A DNA stretch of 63,222 bases, the filler included, from Choristocarpus tenellus KU-1152 (taxonomy: Eukaryota; Protista; Phaeophyceae): the NCBI GenBank assembly GCA_964200185.2. It is 10 parts of 10 records of this genome, joined end to end, with 100 filler letters (N's around TTAATTAATTAA, not from the genome) between each part and the next. Parts side by side here need not be neighbours in the genome. Positions count along the whole stretch, not along the records: positions 18,969 to 25,011 come from CAXNAD020009085.1; positions 25,112 to 30,295 come from CAXNAD020011583.1; positions 30,396 to 33,217 come from CAXNAD020024455.1; positions 33,318 to 36,589 come from CAXNAD020021128.1; positions 36,690 to 47,606 come from CAXNAD020002628.1; 5 more parts are not named here. One strand, written 5' to 3'. The notes beneath the pieces were generated by a model. It did not search any database. It was not told where the DNA came from and saw only the letters and a program-made list of their open reading frames with translations. Positions 24,890-36,842 of this stretch are shown here, one piece after another. Made by a program: the position numbers and the translations under genes. Position 1 is the stretch's first letter, and the number at the start of each line of letters is the position of its first letter.

Positions 24890-26173
24890 GCGACGCATCG
24901 GAGACAGAGGATTACGAGCCTTGGATTAAAGCTTGCTTATTTCAACCAGTCACATGTTCGCCATTACCACCAGACCCATCGGCAGTATCTCTACTTCTCT
25001 CTCCACACCCTNNNNNNNNNNNNNNNNNNNNNNNNNNNNNNNNNNNNNNNNNNNNTTAATTAATTAANNNNNNNNNNNNNNNNNNNNNNNNNNNNNNNNN
25101 NNNNNNNNNNNCCCTCCCCCCCCCTTTCCCAGCGTTTCCGCCGTTCGTAAGCAAGCGACAGGGTGGGTGGGTGGGAGAAGCTAGCTCGGAGGTTGCCTTG
25201 GTCTCCCCTCCTCGTCTTGTACCCCTGGTTTTGTATCCATTTTTTTTACAGATTGGCTCTGTTGTCCCTCCTTTTATCTCTACTCATTTCCCTTAACCAT
25301 CTCGTCCCTTCCTTAAATATTCGTTCTTTTCCTACTTCTTTCTTTTCCTTTCCCCACATTCTTGTCTTGTGCCCCCAACCAACCAGAATTCTTCCACCCA
25401 CAAAACTCAGATTACTTCATAAACTTTCACTTTTGCTGATAAGAAGAAGAAAGAGAAAGAAGAAGAACAAGAGAACAAGAGAACAAACTTGAATCAATAT
25501 GTGATGCAACTCAAGTGACTCATACTATTCCTGTGTGTAGAATGCAGAGCGACTGTTCTGTACTGCAGTGTTGTAATGAAAATTGATGTAGTGATCATGA
25601 ACTAGTGACAATAACGACCAGTGCGTAACTGACCAATCAACATGCAGTGTTGGCTGATGAAACTGTATCGTATCAAGGAAAAACAGATGAGAAGCCTATG
25701 TTTTAACACTGTGGATCAGAGATGACATCGACCCTCTGTGAACTCTGTGAGCCATACATGTCTGCGAACCTGGGAAATAAAAGTACAAAATGGCACAAGA
25801 AAAGAAAACGGGGATGTGAGTGGATGAATGAAGGGAAATAACTGATCGAGGCAACGTCTAGACTATGGCAGTTAGAAACCACTCATTTATGATTATCGGT
25901 GTATGATGTCCCTTGGAGCCACAGATGCCATCACACCAGCCCCTTCCTCCAAGTTAGGAGGTGAGGCAAGCGCTCCAAGACCACCCAAGGAGACGACGAG
26001 ACCAAGGAGAAGAAAATCTCGTAGACAACGAAGCGCCCCAAACCATCCAAGGATACCACAAAACCAATTAAGAAAAGAAATCCAGGCTATCGTAGGGAGC
26101 TACCAAGAATCCCACGCGCTGAGCTGAATACTGAATATTCTCTCTGGTTTGAAGAGTCTCGGTAGGACCTCCA

Positions 26174-26676
26174 TGTTACAACATGATCCAGAAGCTTACC
26201 TCCATATGACGTTTAGCTCCTATCCACATACCTATAAACGAATCTAATGTTCGTACAAGCCTCCTAGGGTACTCTAACAGTCAAGGAAGTCCAACATGCA
26301 TCTGGTTAGCTGAACAGGGGTACTTCTCTCGATTGATAACCACCGCTTGGTGTCAGTTAATATTTTGTTAATCAATTTGAAGAAGTGACTCATGTGGTGG
26401 TTGATGAGACACTCTTTTATTAACATCCTCCGTGGTTTCCTATAATCTAGAAGTTAAAAGATATCTGTAAACCATGCAATTTTTTCTCAAGTTAGAAATC
26501 GTACTCTGCAACTTCTAGCAAATCGGCATTCCTTTTTGTAAGGTTCCCTATGCGTTACAAATCTTACTCTGCATCTCCTAGCAAATCGGAGTTCCTCTTT
26601 GTAAAGTTCCCTACATGTGTATACTACTCGCGCTTGTTAGATCGCGGGAAGAAATACTCCTGCTACTCGCCTAACA
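26174..26676 (+). mobile_element. Old, diverged copy of the TGTTACAGGCG-ended element
   Basis: Start TGTTACA...AAGCTTACCTCCA resembles the 14901 copy and end CTACTCGCCTAACA resembles 14776. No TSD visible. Confidence 0.55.
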
Positions 26677-27742
26677 TTAGCGCCTTAGCGTACCCATGCA
26701 ATATATATGCCTTGATGACGAAATATTGTATGTGCGATACAGGTAACAAGTCATGGCCGAGACCTCACCAGAAAGCCCTCCAATTTAGGGCAGCCTGACC
26801 ATGCCCAAACCAATGTTTCAACTACAAAAAAGACAGATGTAAAATGCTGTATGGGATTGTAAGCACTGCACCCTATGATATGCAAGGTTATTCTGCTACT
26901 TCGTCGAACCAAGTTCCCTCTCGTGGTCAGTTGTGCTCCAGTGGCGGGGACAGGACTAAAGGCGAGTATTTCATGGTGCATCCAAGGGAAGCAACAGTGC
27001 AGAGGCGACGGTAACAAAGAGTGCCGTTGCTATATATCTTACTGTCGTCTTTGATCTTTTAGGGCAATCAATACCGCCAAATGGACACAACGTTACATGG
27101 CTGCCAACGTGACCAGACATGGTCAGTAAGTGAGGGTAAATTGTTTTTCCTCCACCTACCTGTTGGTATATGTAGAGCTCTGTTGTCAACCTCGTCAACT
27201 CAATCTAAACTATCCTTTACTGTAGGGGGATGGATAAATTTAGGCGGTTAATATATCATTGGATTTCGAGTAGCACACAGCGTGTAGGTAAAGCCCATAC
27301 TCATGCATCCCTTCACTATTCACCAAAACCAAATAAGCTAAGTATTCCGACTAAATGTACTTGTATATGATGAATTTTCTTGCCAAAATCATTTCAAGCT
27401 TAGGGGTGACCCAACGGCAGACTTAGTCCAGCCATTTTTGGATTATGTTGTATCCATTTCTTTTGAGTAATATATGTTTGAATTATGTAAGAAAGGCAGA
27501 GAGTGTAAACATGGATAGGTTTTCTGATGCATGGATAGCTTTCGAATGTTTTGTGGTATGAAAAACTGTTCAACGTTGATTGCAGTAGATCCAAAACCAA
27601 ACTCCAATTTATTTGAAAGTTGAAGGGATGGTGCTGACAGGTAGGAATATCATGAGCGTGTTGTGTCACCTGCACTTGCCACATCTTGTCCTTGTTTGAC
27701 AGGTTATTTGAAGCAAATTTTACAATAGTTTGCGTCAATAGT

Positions 27743-27815
27743 GAGTGAAAGTATCTTAGAGGGTATGATTATTGCCCTGTTTGTCCATTTGAGGCTTGAC
27801 TTCCCACGGGTTTAA
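27743..27815. mobile_element. MITE family A, one-ended fragment
   Basis: GAGTGAAAGTATCTTAGAGGGTA...CCCTGTTTGTCCATTTGAGGCTTGACTTCCCACGGG matches the left ends at 23142 and 29306. Confidence 0.8.
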
Positions 27816-28696
27816 TTTAAAAACAGTTTAATACAACTGTGGAAGAAGAAATGTGTAGAAGCGTGGGGGTGGATTGAGGAATAGACACAGCAACAGCAGC
27901 AAAGAAGAACCTGATATACCAGCTTGTTTTCAAAGGAAAAGATGAGCATAGAACATTATTGACAGTGCTTTACCCACAAATGCAAGAAAAAATACAGAAT
28001 ATGATGAACAGCCTGCTAAACAACATCGGAACTACTTGTAACCCAACCATATAAATACCCTCAAGGCACTTGTTGGGAAATCAATATTAGTCAGACCACA
28101 TCATCCTAAACCAAAACCTAATCCTAATCCCAAGTCTGTGGGTCACCCAACAAAACATGAGATAGCAATCACGCATATTATGCATCACACAGTTAGTGTA
28201 TAAAAAAAATTAATAAATCATTATAACAATTGACTCCTCACTATTTCATATGTTGATATTGCAAGTTCATCATTCATCACCATTAACATAGAGTCGAGTG
28301 GTCTCTCCACCCTCTTCCTCTCCAGCCACAAATCCATTCACCTCTTCCTCCCTTCCATCTGACAAGTCCATGCTCTGGGCGTCACTCTCAACCTCCTTAT
28401 TGGAGGCCTTCTCGCAATGGACCATGCAGCCCACAACTCTATAACGCATCATNNNNNNNNNNTCCACACTCCATTCGACAGCATTCAAGAAAACAGCACA
28501 GATGAGTCACAAAAAGTCCTGAACAGCTTGAAGCCACTTCCTCTTCCGCTCCAACTGTGTTTCCACCCTCACATGACCCATTTGCTCGGGGGCTTGGGCA
28601 ACGTCTATGGACAGGTTACAGTCATCCTCACGAGATGCAACTGCTTTGTATACAAAACTGCTCTCGTCAATGACCATATACAATGGTGCTCTTGTT

Positions 28697-28962
28697 TGTC
28701 GAATAACCTAGTGTTATCCTTACGTTGTATGTGCTGATACAAGTATATAACATAGTTTCATGTACTTTTATCTTTAATTGCGTACAACACAAAGTAGTAT
28801 TGTACATAGCGGTATGATGGGTCAGTCGTTGGTCATACGTCAGAGATAATTGAAGGCTGAGACAAAGACCCAGCCGATAATTAATATTCAGTGTATGTTT
28901 TACCATGTAACTCAATCAGCGGCTTTGGGCAACAAGTCTTACATGCACTAAGCTTTTCAACA
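28697..28962 (+). mobile_element. Solo LTR related to the Copia at 12577-18289
   Basis: TGTCGAATAACCTAGTGTTATCCTTA...AAGCTTTTCAACA. Both ends match the 18035-18289 LTR. Perfect 5-bp TSD TTGTT at 28692-28696 and 28963-28967. Confidence 0.92.
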
Positions 28963-29305
28963 TTGTTCCACAGGTCTCCTTTGGATTGAAGATCAGTGTG
29001 AGTAAAGTGGAGAGTGCGAAATATGTGTATGGAGGAACAGAGGGCTACTTAGCAGAGGACAAGAGTCCCTGAGCTTGATGGAGTATGTAGTACTATTGGT
29101 GATACCAGTCAGTGTCTACTATGGAGCGATGAAGGACGTGTGTAGGGCCTGTATCTGTGCTGAGTGGCATGGGAGTTGAAAGATGATGATGTGGAACATT
29201 GTACATCCTAGAAGCCACATTTGTTATTGCTGGCCACATCATGTAAGTTGTAGCTGCCAGTCAAGGCTTTCAAGGTTGAGTCAAGATTAGCATTCTCCTG
29301 GTTCA

Positions 29306-29561
29306 GAGTGAAAGCATCTTAGAGGGTACGACTTTTGCCCTGTTTGTCCATTTCGGGGTTAACTTTCCACGTTTTTTTATGACATTTTCCTACTCCGAAA
29401 TATTTCGGAGTAGGTAAAATGTATACGATATGAAAGGTGGGTCCGTAACAAGGATATTTAAACCTCTTAACAAACAAGATAGCCAAAATTACATCAATAT
29501 CGCAACATTGGATTTTGGCCCCCAAATGGACGCGTTTCTACCCTCTAAGATACTTTGACTC
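29306..29561. mobile_element. MITE family A, full 256-bp copy
   Basis: ~23-bp TIRs. TSD TCA at 29303-29305 and 29562-29564. Central hairpin CCTACTCCGAAA-TA-TTTCGGAGTAGG. Confidence 0.9.
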
Positions 29562-30122
29562 TCAAAGAGTTTGCAACGGAGGGGTGCATGTTGTGCTCCG
29601 GAATACGTGCTGGCATGTTTAGCAGACCCACCATTTACCATCTTTCCACAGGACCCTGCACGAAAGGGATAGACGGAGAGGCCATGAACAGGAACGGTTG
29701 AAGGAACACTTGTTAACACAGTAGTTCACAACAACGTGCGAAAAACACTGTTCACACGAGAGAGCTTAGTGTCACTGAAGTACTATTTTTTCTCCAGACA
29801 TGCAAAGGTACATAGGTAAATGCGCATATATAGATACGTACGAAAAAATGGTGTATTCCACAAACTATTGATCTCGGATGTGCAATTCACTGTAGTAGCT
29901 CTTGTCTCGAGTGAATGATTATTCCTCAGCTGAGGGTGGTATGAAGAATATCCTACACCGCAGGTGAACGTTAGTGAATGAGCATCGGGGTGTGAACTGA
30001 TGTGTAAGAAAGAATTTATCCAAGCTTGGGTAAAGCACTGATCCAGGCGCTTCTCCATATATTCGTTGTCCGCTACCTTGCTGGCAAACAACTTCACCCG
30101 CCAGTGTTGCAAAAGGGATGCC

Positions 30123-30188
30123 TGTCGAATAAGCTAGTGTTATCCTTACGTTGTATGTGTTGATTTCAAGTAGATAACATAGTTTATG
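30123..30188 (+). mobile_element. Truncated 5' end of an LTR from the same Copia family
   Basis: TGTCGAATAAGCTAGTGTTATCCTTACGTTGTATGTG matches the start of the 28697 solo LTR. Confidence 0.8.
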
Positions 30189-30395
30189 GATCGTATGATT
30201 CTGTGGCGGCGTGGTTCACTCAGGTAAGGGTAGCAAAGAGAATCACCGGGCAAGACGGACCAGATGAACCAAGGGGTAAAAGTATCTGGGGGGGGNNNNN
30301 NNNNNNNNNNNNNNNNNNNNNNNNNNNNNNNNNNNNNNNTTAATTAATTAANNNNNNNNNNNNNNNNNNNNNNNNNNNNNNNNNNNNNNNNNNNN

Positions 30396-33217
30396 AGTGC
30401 TTTCCGGAGGAAGAAGCGCTCCAGGAGGAGGAGGACATCATCAATGTTGCCATTGTGGGGAGGCCTAATGTTGGAAAGTGAGATGATTCTTTTAATCACT
30501 ATTTGTTGTTACTTTTGTTATTTTTATTATTACTATTACTATTGTTATTAATACTATTATTATTGTTATGGACTTTTTGTTTTTTATTTTATTTTATTTT
30601 TCTGTTTTGATTTTTTTAGAGTGGGGTTTGTGGTATTTTTTTTTTTAATCAAGCTTTTTTATCGTTATGTTTTCTTCTTCTCTTTGGGGGTTAGGATTAG
30701 GGTTAGGGTTAGGGGAGGAAAGTATTTTTTCTTGTTTTTTTTGGTAGAGCGGGGTTTGGTAATGTTGTGGTCGGCATTATTTTTTTTTGTTCTCTGATGC
30801 TTGTTTTAGTGTTCGTTTCAGTGTGTGTGTGTTTTTTTTTTTAAGCACTATGTTTGACTACATTGCTAAGAGCCTTTTCCAAAGATATTTTTTTTTGTTC
30901 AATGCGGTGCTGTTAATGGATTTATTTTTTATTTTGATTGTTTTGAAGGAAGGCGTTTTGATATCTGTTTTTAAATAGTGCTCTTGGAGCATACTAGAGT
31001 GCCGATATTAAAAATATATTGAATTATGTATTATGTATGTGTGTGTGTGTGTATATATATATAGAGAGAGAGAAGTTGTCGATATTTTGATACATATTAT
31101 TTTTTTTACTCTCTATGTGTGTATACTCGAGGAACGGTGGAATCGTATGATGCATTCCTAACAAAAAAAAAGGGAATTTTAAACGTTATAGAATAGTATT
31201 GTTTAAATTAATGTACAAATATGTTTATCTCTAGGTCCAGCCTGTTGAATCGCTTGTTCGGAGAGACTCGGTCCATTGTGAGCTCAGTCCCTGGAACCAC
31301 AAGGGATTCCATTGATGCCTTGTTTGAGAGGGGAGGGAGGACCTATCGACTTGTGGATACTGCTGGCATCAGGAGGAAGGGAAGGGTGAGAGTTTACATA
31401 TGTTAGTATTGTTTTTGTTGTTCTATGTATCACATTTTGTTATGTATATTTATTATTCTTATTGTTCTATGCATCACATTTTGTTATGTGTATTTATTAT
31501 TCTTATGTTCTATGCATCACATTTTGTTATGCATATTTACTATTCTTATTTTTTATGCATCACATTTTGTTATGTGTATTTATTATTCTTATTGTTCTAT
31601 GCATCACATTTTATTATATATATTTATTGTTCTATGCATCACATTTTGTTATGCATATTTATTATTATTTTTGCTCTATGTATCACATTTCATTACATAT
31701 ATTTATTATTCTTATTTTTTATGCATCACATTTTGTTATATATACTTACTATTATTATTGTTATATTATGATCCTTTATTTTGTTGTCATCTATATGTGT
31801 TTTGTGTGTGTGTTTGTGAATATATTTTGAGTCGAAGTAGCTGAGAGGGAGGGGTTTTGTTTACATTTACGTTTTTTTTTTACTTTTTGTTCAAGAATAG
31901 TATTTTGTGTGAATAAGACGAGGTTCAAATAGAACCCTAACCCTAACCCTAAAGATGTCTTGCTTCTGCGATCTGAATGTACTAACAAAATAGGGTTGGA
32001 AGAACTTATTCAAACAGCTATGCTTCATGTGAACAGAGAATATTATATATTGTTACAAAACAGAAAATATTCATAGGGACCATTGCAAGTTGTTTGAACC
32101 CTAACCCCCAGTTAATTTAGTTCTTGTTGTTACGTACAACTCTTTAATTCTATTTCTATGCTATATGTATGTAGGTATGTTAATATAAAAATAATATTAT
32201 TATTATTGTTGTTGTTGCCCTTAAAACTCATCAGAACCCTCCTCCCAGTTTATTTTATTGCTATGCTATATGTATGTATGATTTTTACGTTTTTATTATT
32301 ATTATTACCTTTGCAACTCGTTGGAAACCTCCTCCCAGTTTATTATTTGTTTTTATAACTATTTTTATTTCTATTGTGGACGCATGTATTATTATTATTA
32401 TTATTGGTATTTTGTGCGTACTAAGTAAGTACATGATATATCGCCGTTCTAGTTTTAATCTTTTTTAAAATATATTTTTGTCAGGTGTTGTACTGCTTGC
32501 TTGGTTCTGATTTGTTAACAGCTTTTCGTTTGTACTGATTTGATTGATCGCACTACTCTTTTATTATTTTTAAATTTTTTTGTTTGTGTGTGTTTTTTCA
32601 ATTTTCAAATGGAGGTGGATTTTGGAAACGAGTTCTTCATGGTCAATAGGGCTTTCAAGGCAATCAGGCGTGCGGATGTGGTACTCCTGGTGGTGGATGT
32701 ACAGGACGGGATCAAGGATCAGGTACATACCTTTATTTAGGTCTTTTTGGAAATGTACCTTTAAAAAAAAAGAAAAGAGTATCTTCACCCTATTATTTGT
32801 TTTTATTATTATTTATTTTATTTCTCTTGAGAAGTTTCTACTTCAATGCATCTGTCGTCTTTCAGTGTAGGTTATAGTGTTGGGGTTAGGGTTAGGGTTA
32901 GGGTTGTTCAAGGAGGGTTTTGTTCGATTCAAGTGGAAGGACCGGACCAGGCATGTTCTTTGTGGGGAAGGAGGTTAGGTCGCCCTGACAAGACCAGGGC
33001 AGGGGCCGCCCCTAAAGAGAGGGTTGCAGGGGAAAGGGATGGGGGTAGGTTATGAGGTGGGATGGGGGTTGACGGTGTAAAGGAATGATCGTCTCCATTG
33101 CGTAGTATCATAATACAGCATGTGCAGGGGATGGAGCTTGTGGTGAATGGGGTCCATGAGAGGGGGATAGTAAAGAGCGTTTTTTTTTTTTTGTGGATTT
33201 TTTCAGGATAGGCGAAT
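30396..33217 (+). CDS. der: GTPase Der/EngA (ribosome biogenesis), partial, probably the second G domain
   Basis: Exons 30396-30477 (acidic linker then [13 protein letters not shown]), 31235-31385 ([28 protein letters not shown]...[12 protein letters not shown]), 32615-32722 ([36 protein letters not shown]) and 33207-33217 (DRR). Phases are consistent and both ends run into gaps. Confidence 0.9.
31415..31760. repeat. Intronic minisatellite, ~45-bp unit (TTCTATGCATCACATTTTGTTATG...), ~8 copies
   Basis: The ATCACATTTT core recurs at roughly 36-46 bp intervals. Confidence 0.9.
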
Positions 33218-34174
33218 NNNNNNNNNNNNNNNNNNNNNNNNNNNNNNNNNNNNNNNNNNNNTTAATTAATTAANNNNNNNNNNNNNNNNNNNNNNNNNNN
33301 NNNNNNNNNNNNNNNNNCCCTCCCCTCATCATACGCCCAAATTTCCAACACTCTTGCAAAGAAAACGAAAGAAGACTCCAATCCTACCCTAGTCAAATTT
33401 ACCCTCCCTTCCTAACAATTTTGTACAGAGCAAAATTTCTACACCCATTCTCCATGTCAGAGGTTTCCTCCTTTTAAGCTGACTGCCTGTTCTGGTGTGA
33501 CTTCTCCCCATACCATTGGCCCTGTGGAAGTCGTGGTGTGTTGTGGGAAGTTTCATGTTATGAAATTGTTAGCCGAAGTAGTGGATTGCCGAAATCTTAG
33601 TTTTTGATTGTACCTACTCTATTAACCAATGCACTGCAGATTTGGCGTCTCATCTTCATGGTACTTGATCCTCCTTTATCTTTTCCCTATCTTTGGTACC
33701 CCTACCCCTGCATTCCCTACCTTCCCCAGCCATTCGCGCGCGATGAATTGGTCTACTCTCCCCCTCTCTTTTCATCCCCCGTCCATTTATATCCTTCTTG
33801 ACGCACTCTGTACTCTCTGACCACCCCCATGGGCTGTCATACTTGGCACCACTATCCTTCTTCCCCTGATAATCTAATCCCGGGTCCATGTCTATCCCCT
33901 CTGACCCCCCCTCCCCTTCCCGCTAGTCTACCCCAGCAGCCCCCCTCCTTGTGTACTCGCAACGGGTAGGCCAGCTGCCACAATAAAACCCCCAGGCAGA
34001 CTCGCGAGATCTATCATCCAACTTAATCTCCTATATACATTTATGGTAATATTCTTGTGCCCAAACCATCTAGTTTCTAGTGAGCTATCCTTGGGGTATG
34101 GTACATTAAGCCTGCCTAAAGTCCGTTTTTGGGTTCTATCACCTACGGCTCTGCCTCCTCACACTTGGTGCTCC

Positions 34175-34985
34175 CCCTCTTGGCTACCTACACATTCTTT
34201 TTATTTCTGACACTGAACACTTGGTTTGGAATGGGATCTGTAACACTGGATGCTTTGACAGGCTTCAGCTTGTTTTTGATTAGTAGTTTCGTAAGTCTAT
34301 CTTCCCCCCTCCCGTACGTCCTTGTACTTCTCTTAACTTAGAAGGCTGTTGGGGGTCCCCCCCCATCCAATGTCTGTGACATACCTGTACTCTCGAGACC
34401 ACATTCCCAACCCTATTTAGGGCTCACCCCATTTCTCAAATGTTGTCCCTGCACCCTCCTCCGCCTTGCCTTGAGTAATCTGGTACGGACTAGTCTGGAT
34501 GGGTTCTGTAGAGACTCGAGTATGTAACATGTATGTATTAGTCTATCACATTCTTAGTACCCCAATTCTTGGCTACCCACACACTCCTTATATCTTCGAC
34601 ATTAGACTCCCCTTTAACTTAAAAAAAAAATATTTATTATTATTATTATTATTTATTTATTTTTTAACAGTTTGAGATGGAATCTGTAACACTTAATGCT
34701 TTGACACCTTTTCGCTTGTTTTTATTACCAGTTTCATAGGTCTACCCCCCCTCTTTCTTTATGTTCTTGGACTTCTCTTACCTTGGAAAGGTTGGGGATC
34801 ACCTCCCTCCAATGTCTGTTCCGTACCTATATTCTCAAGTTCACCTTCCCACCCCTAGGATCAACCCATTGCTCCAACAATGGTCCTGTACCCTCCTCAT
34901 CATTGTCGTGTATAATCTGGTAGAGGCTAATCTGGATGGGTACCGTAAGGACTCAACCGTGTATTGGGTATGTATTAGCCTAGAA
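34175..34985. repeat. Diverged tandem duplication, unit ~400-440 bp
   Basis: The blocks TTGGCTACC, ATCTGTAACACT..ATGCTTTGACA, CCAATGTCTGT, TAATCTGGTA and TCTGGATGGGT each occur twice in the same order. Confidence 0.75.
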
Positions 34986-36339
34986 GAGTCGTACATGCTA
35001 GTGAGTTGACCAGGACATGGGACCTTCATCACTACATTATGTACTTACAATCATCAAGGTGTGCACTTTTCTGATATATTCAGGTCTCATCTAAGCAATT
35101 CGCATCTTCCAAAACTTTTTTTTCTTGCGGCCTGAATCTCTCTCCCCCCCCACCCCTTTTATTCACTTGGACTGATTCTCCCACTATTAGGCACTGCCCC
35201 TTTTTTAATATCTTTCTTTCCTTGTGGTGATTTGTTCATTATTGTAGAACGATGCCCCCGAAACTTCCATAGGTTTAACCCTCAAATTCCTACCCTTGTG
35301 AACAGTAGCCCTTTATTCACAAGGTCACCTCAAATTTTTACACAGGGTTGTGTAGGAGCTACGATTAGTCATTCCCCTCCCCCCCTCTTTATATTGGTGT
35401 ACTCTTCTTTACGTTCATATTTCCCAATATCATGCTCTCTCCCCATCCCTTTTAACTATCACATATCATTCTTAATAATCTCTTCCGACTGTACATCTAC
35501 TCACAATCCCCAATTCTTTCTTACTTCCGTAGCATTCACTCCACTCCAACCCCCCATCTACCACGTGTCCTCACACGGTACTTTGAAATTATCTCCACCT
35601 ACTTTCGTAACGGTCACTCCGCCTAAGAAAACAAATTATAATAAAAAATTCCAACTACCGCATCCCTCATTCAGTCCTCCTATCTATACAGGTTTTCTAT
35701 TTTTCTTTACTTCTTGTCTCACGTCCTCTCCCAACTTGTAGCTATACTACATAATCTATATATGACTACTCATATTGACATAACCATTGAATTACAAGGT
35801 ATCTCTGTCTAATAAAAGGTTTCGTTACTAACCTCGTACCTTCCGCGCGTGACCTTTGTCTGGGGTGGTCCCCCCTAAATCATCCTACAATGCGCCCACG
35901 CTGTTCTATTTTTCTTGCCATACGGGTGGGGTTGGCCCATGTCAGCAGCGGAAGACAACTACGTCCTCTATCGCCGATCGATACAGACCTGATATCTGCC
36001 CCCACTCTACATTTCAGGCCATATTTAAACTGTACTTTACCAGATTGTCGCAGGTACACTACCTCTACCCTGACCTACTATCTTTTCTCTTTTTGTCGTG
36101 AACTCAACGGGATAAACATGTTAGTGATATAAACGGCGCACTCTACTATTCGTCCCCAACTACCCTTACACTATTGCTCTACCAGGACCCTCAACCTTTT
36201 CCCGTCCTGCTTTGTCTACCAACCTATAAATTATTGTTTGTAACCTGCAGTATGAACATGTACTCCCCTCTCTGCCACGACCATTACCGTCGGGATCGGC
36301 CCGACTCGTCATTTACGCGTTTATCCTGTTTTACTCCGT

Positions 36340-36395
36340 CATAACATCGATAACATCGATAACATCGATAACATCAATAACATCAATGACATCAT
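36340..36395. repeat. 9-bp tandem repeat (ATAACATCG)n
   Basis: About 5-6 consecutive units, decaying toward the 3' end. Confidence 0.85.
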
Positions 36396-36842
36396 GATCT
36401 GTCCTTCGCACTTTCTTCTTCGATGGATTTCCCCGGGTACCCCTTCGATAGTGTCTGGATCTCTCACTTAATACACATGTCCTATTCCTGCCCAACAATT
36501 ATCCACGATGTTTTTCATCGTCACTGTCATCACCCCCCTTACCTTGTGAGCTATTCCCTACCATTTGTATATCTTGTCCTCACGCCTCCNNNNNNNNNNN
36601 NNNNNNNNNNNNNNNNNNNNNNNNNNNNNNNNNTTAATTAATTAANNNNNNNNNNNNNNNNNNNNNNNNNNNNNNNNNNNNNNNNNNNNGATCTGGGGGG
36701 GGGGATACTTAAGAAGCCATTAACATCAAAATAATCATTACACTCTTGGGAATTTGAGACATTGGTCAGGTAGAAACAAAAACCTGACGTAAAAAGATGG
36801 CAACTTTTATTGCCCAAGTCCAACCCCCGAAAAAAATAGCAC

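Noticed and set aside
31400-31844. Three overlapping hydrophobic ORFs of 122-139 aa
   Set aside because: Translation artefact of a stop-free intronic minisatellite inside der.
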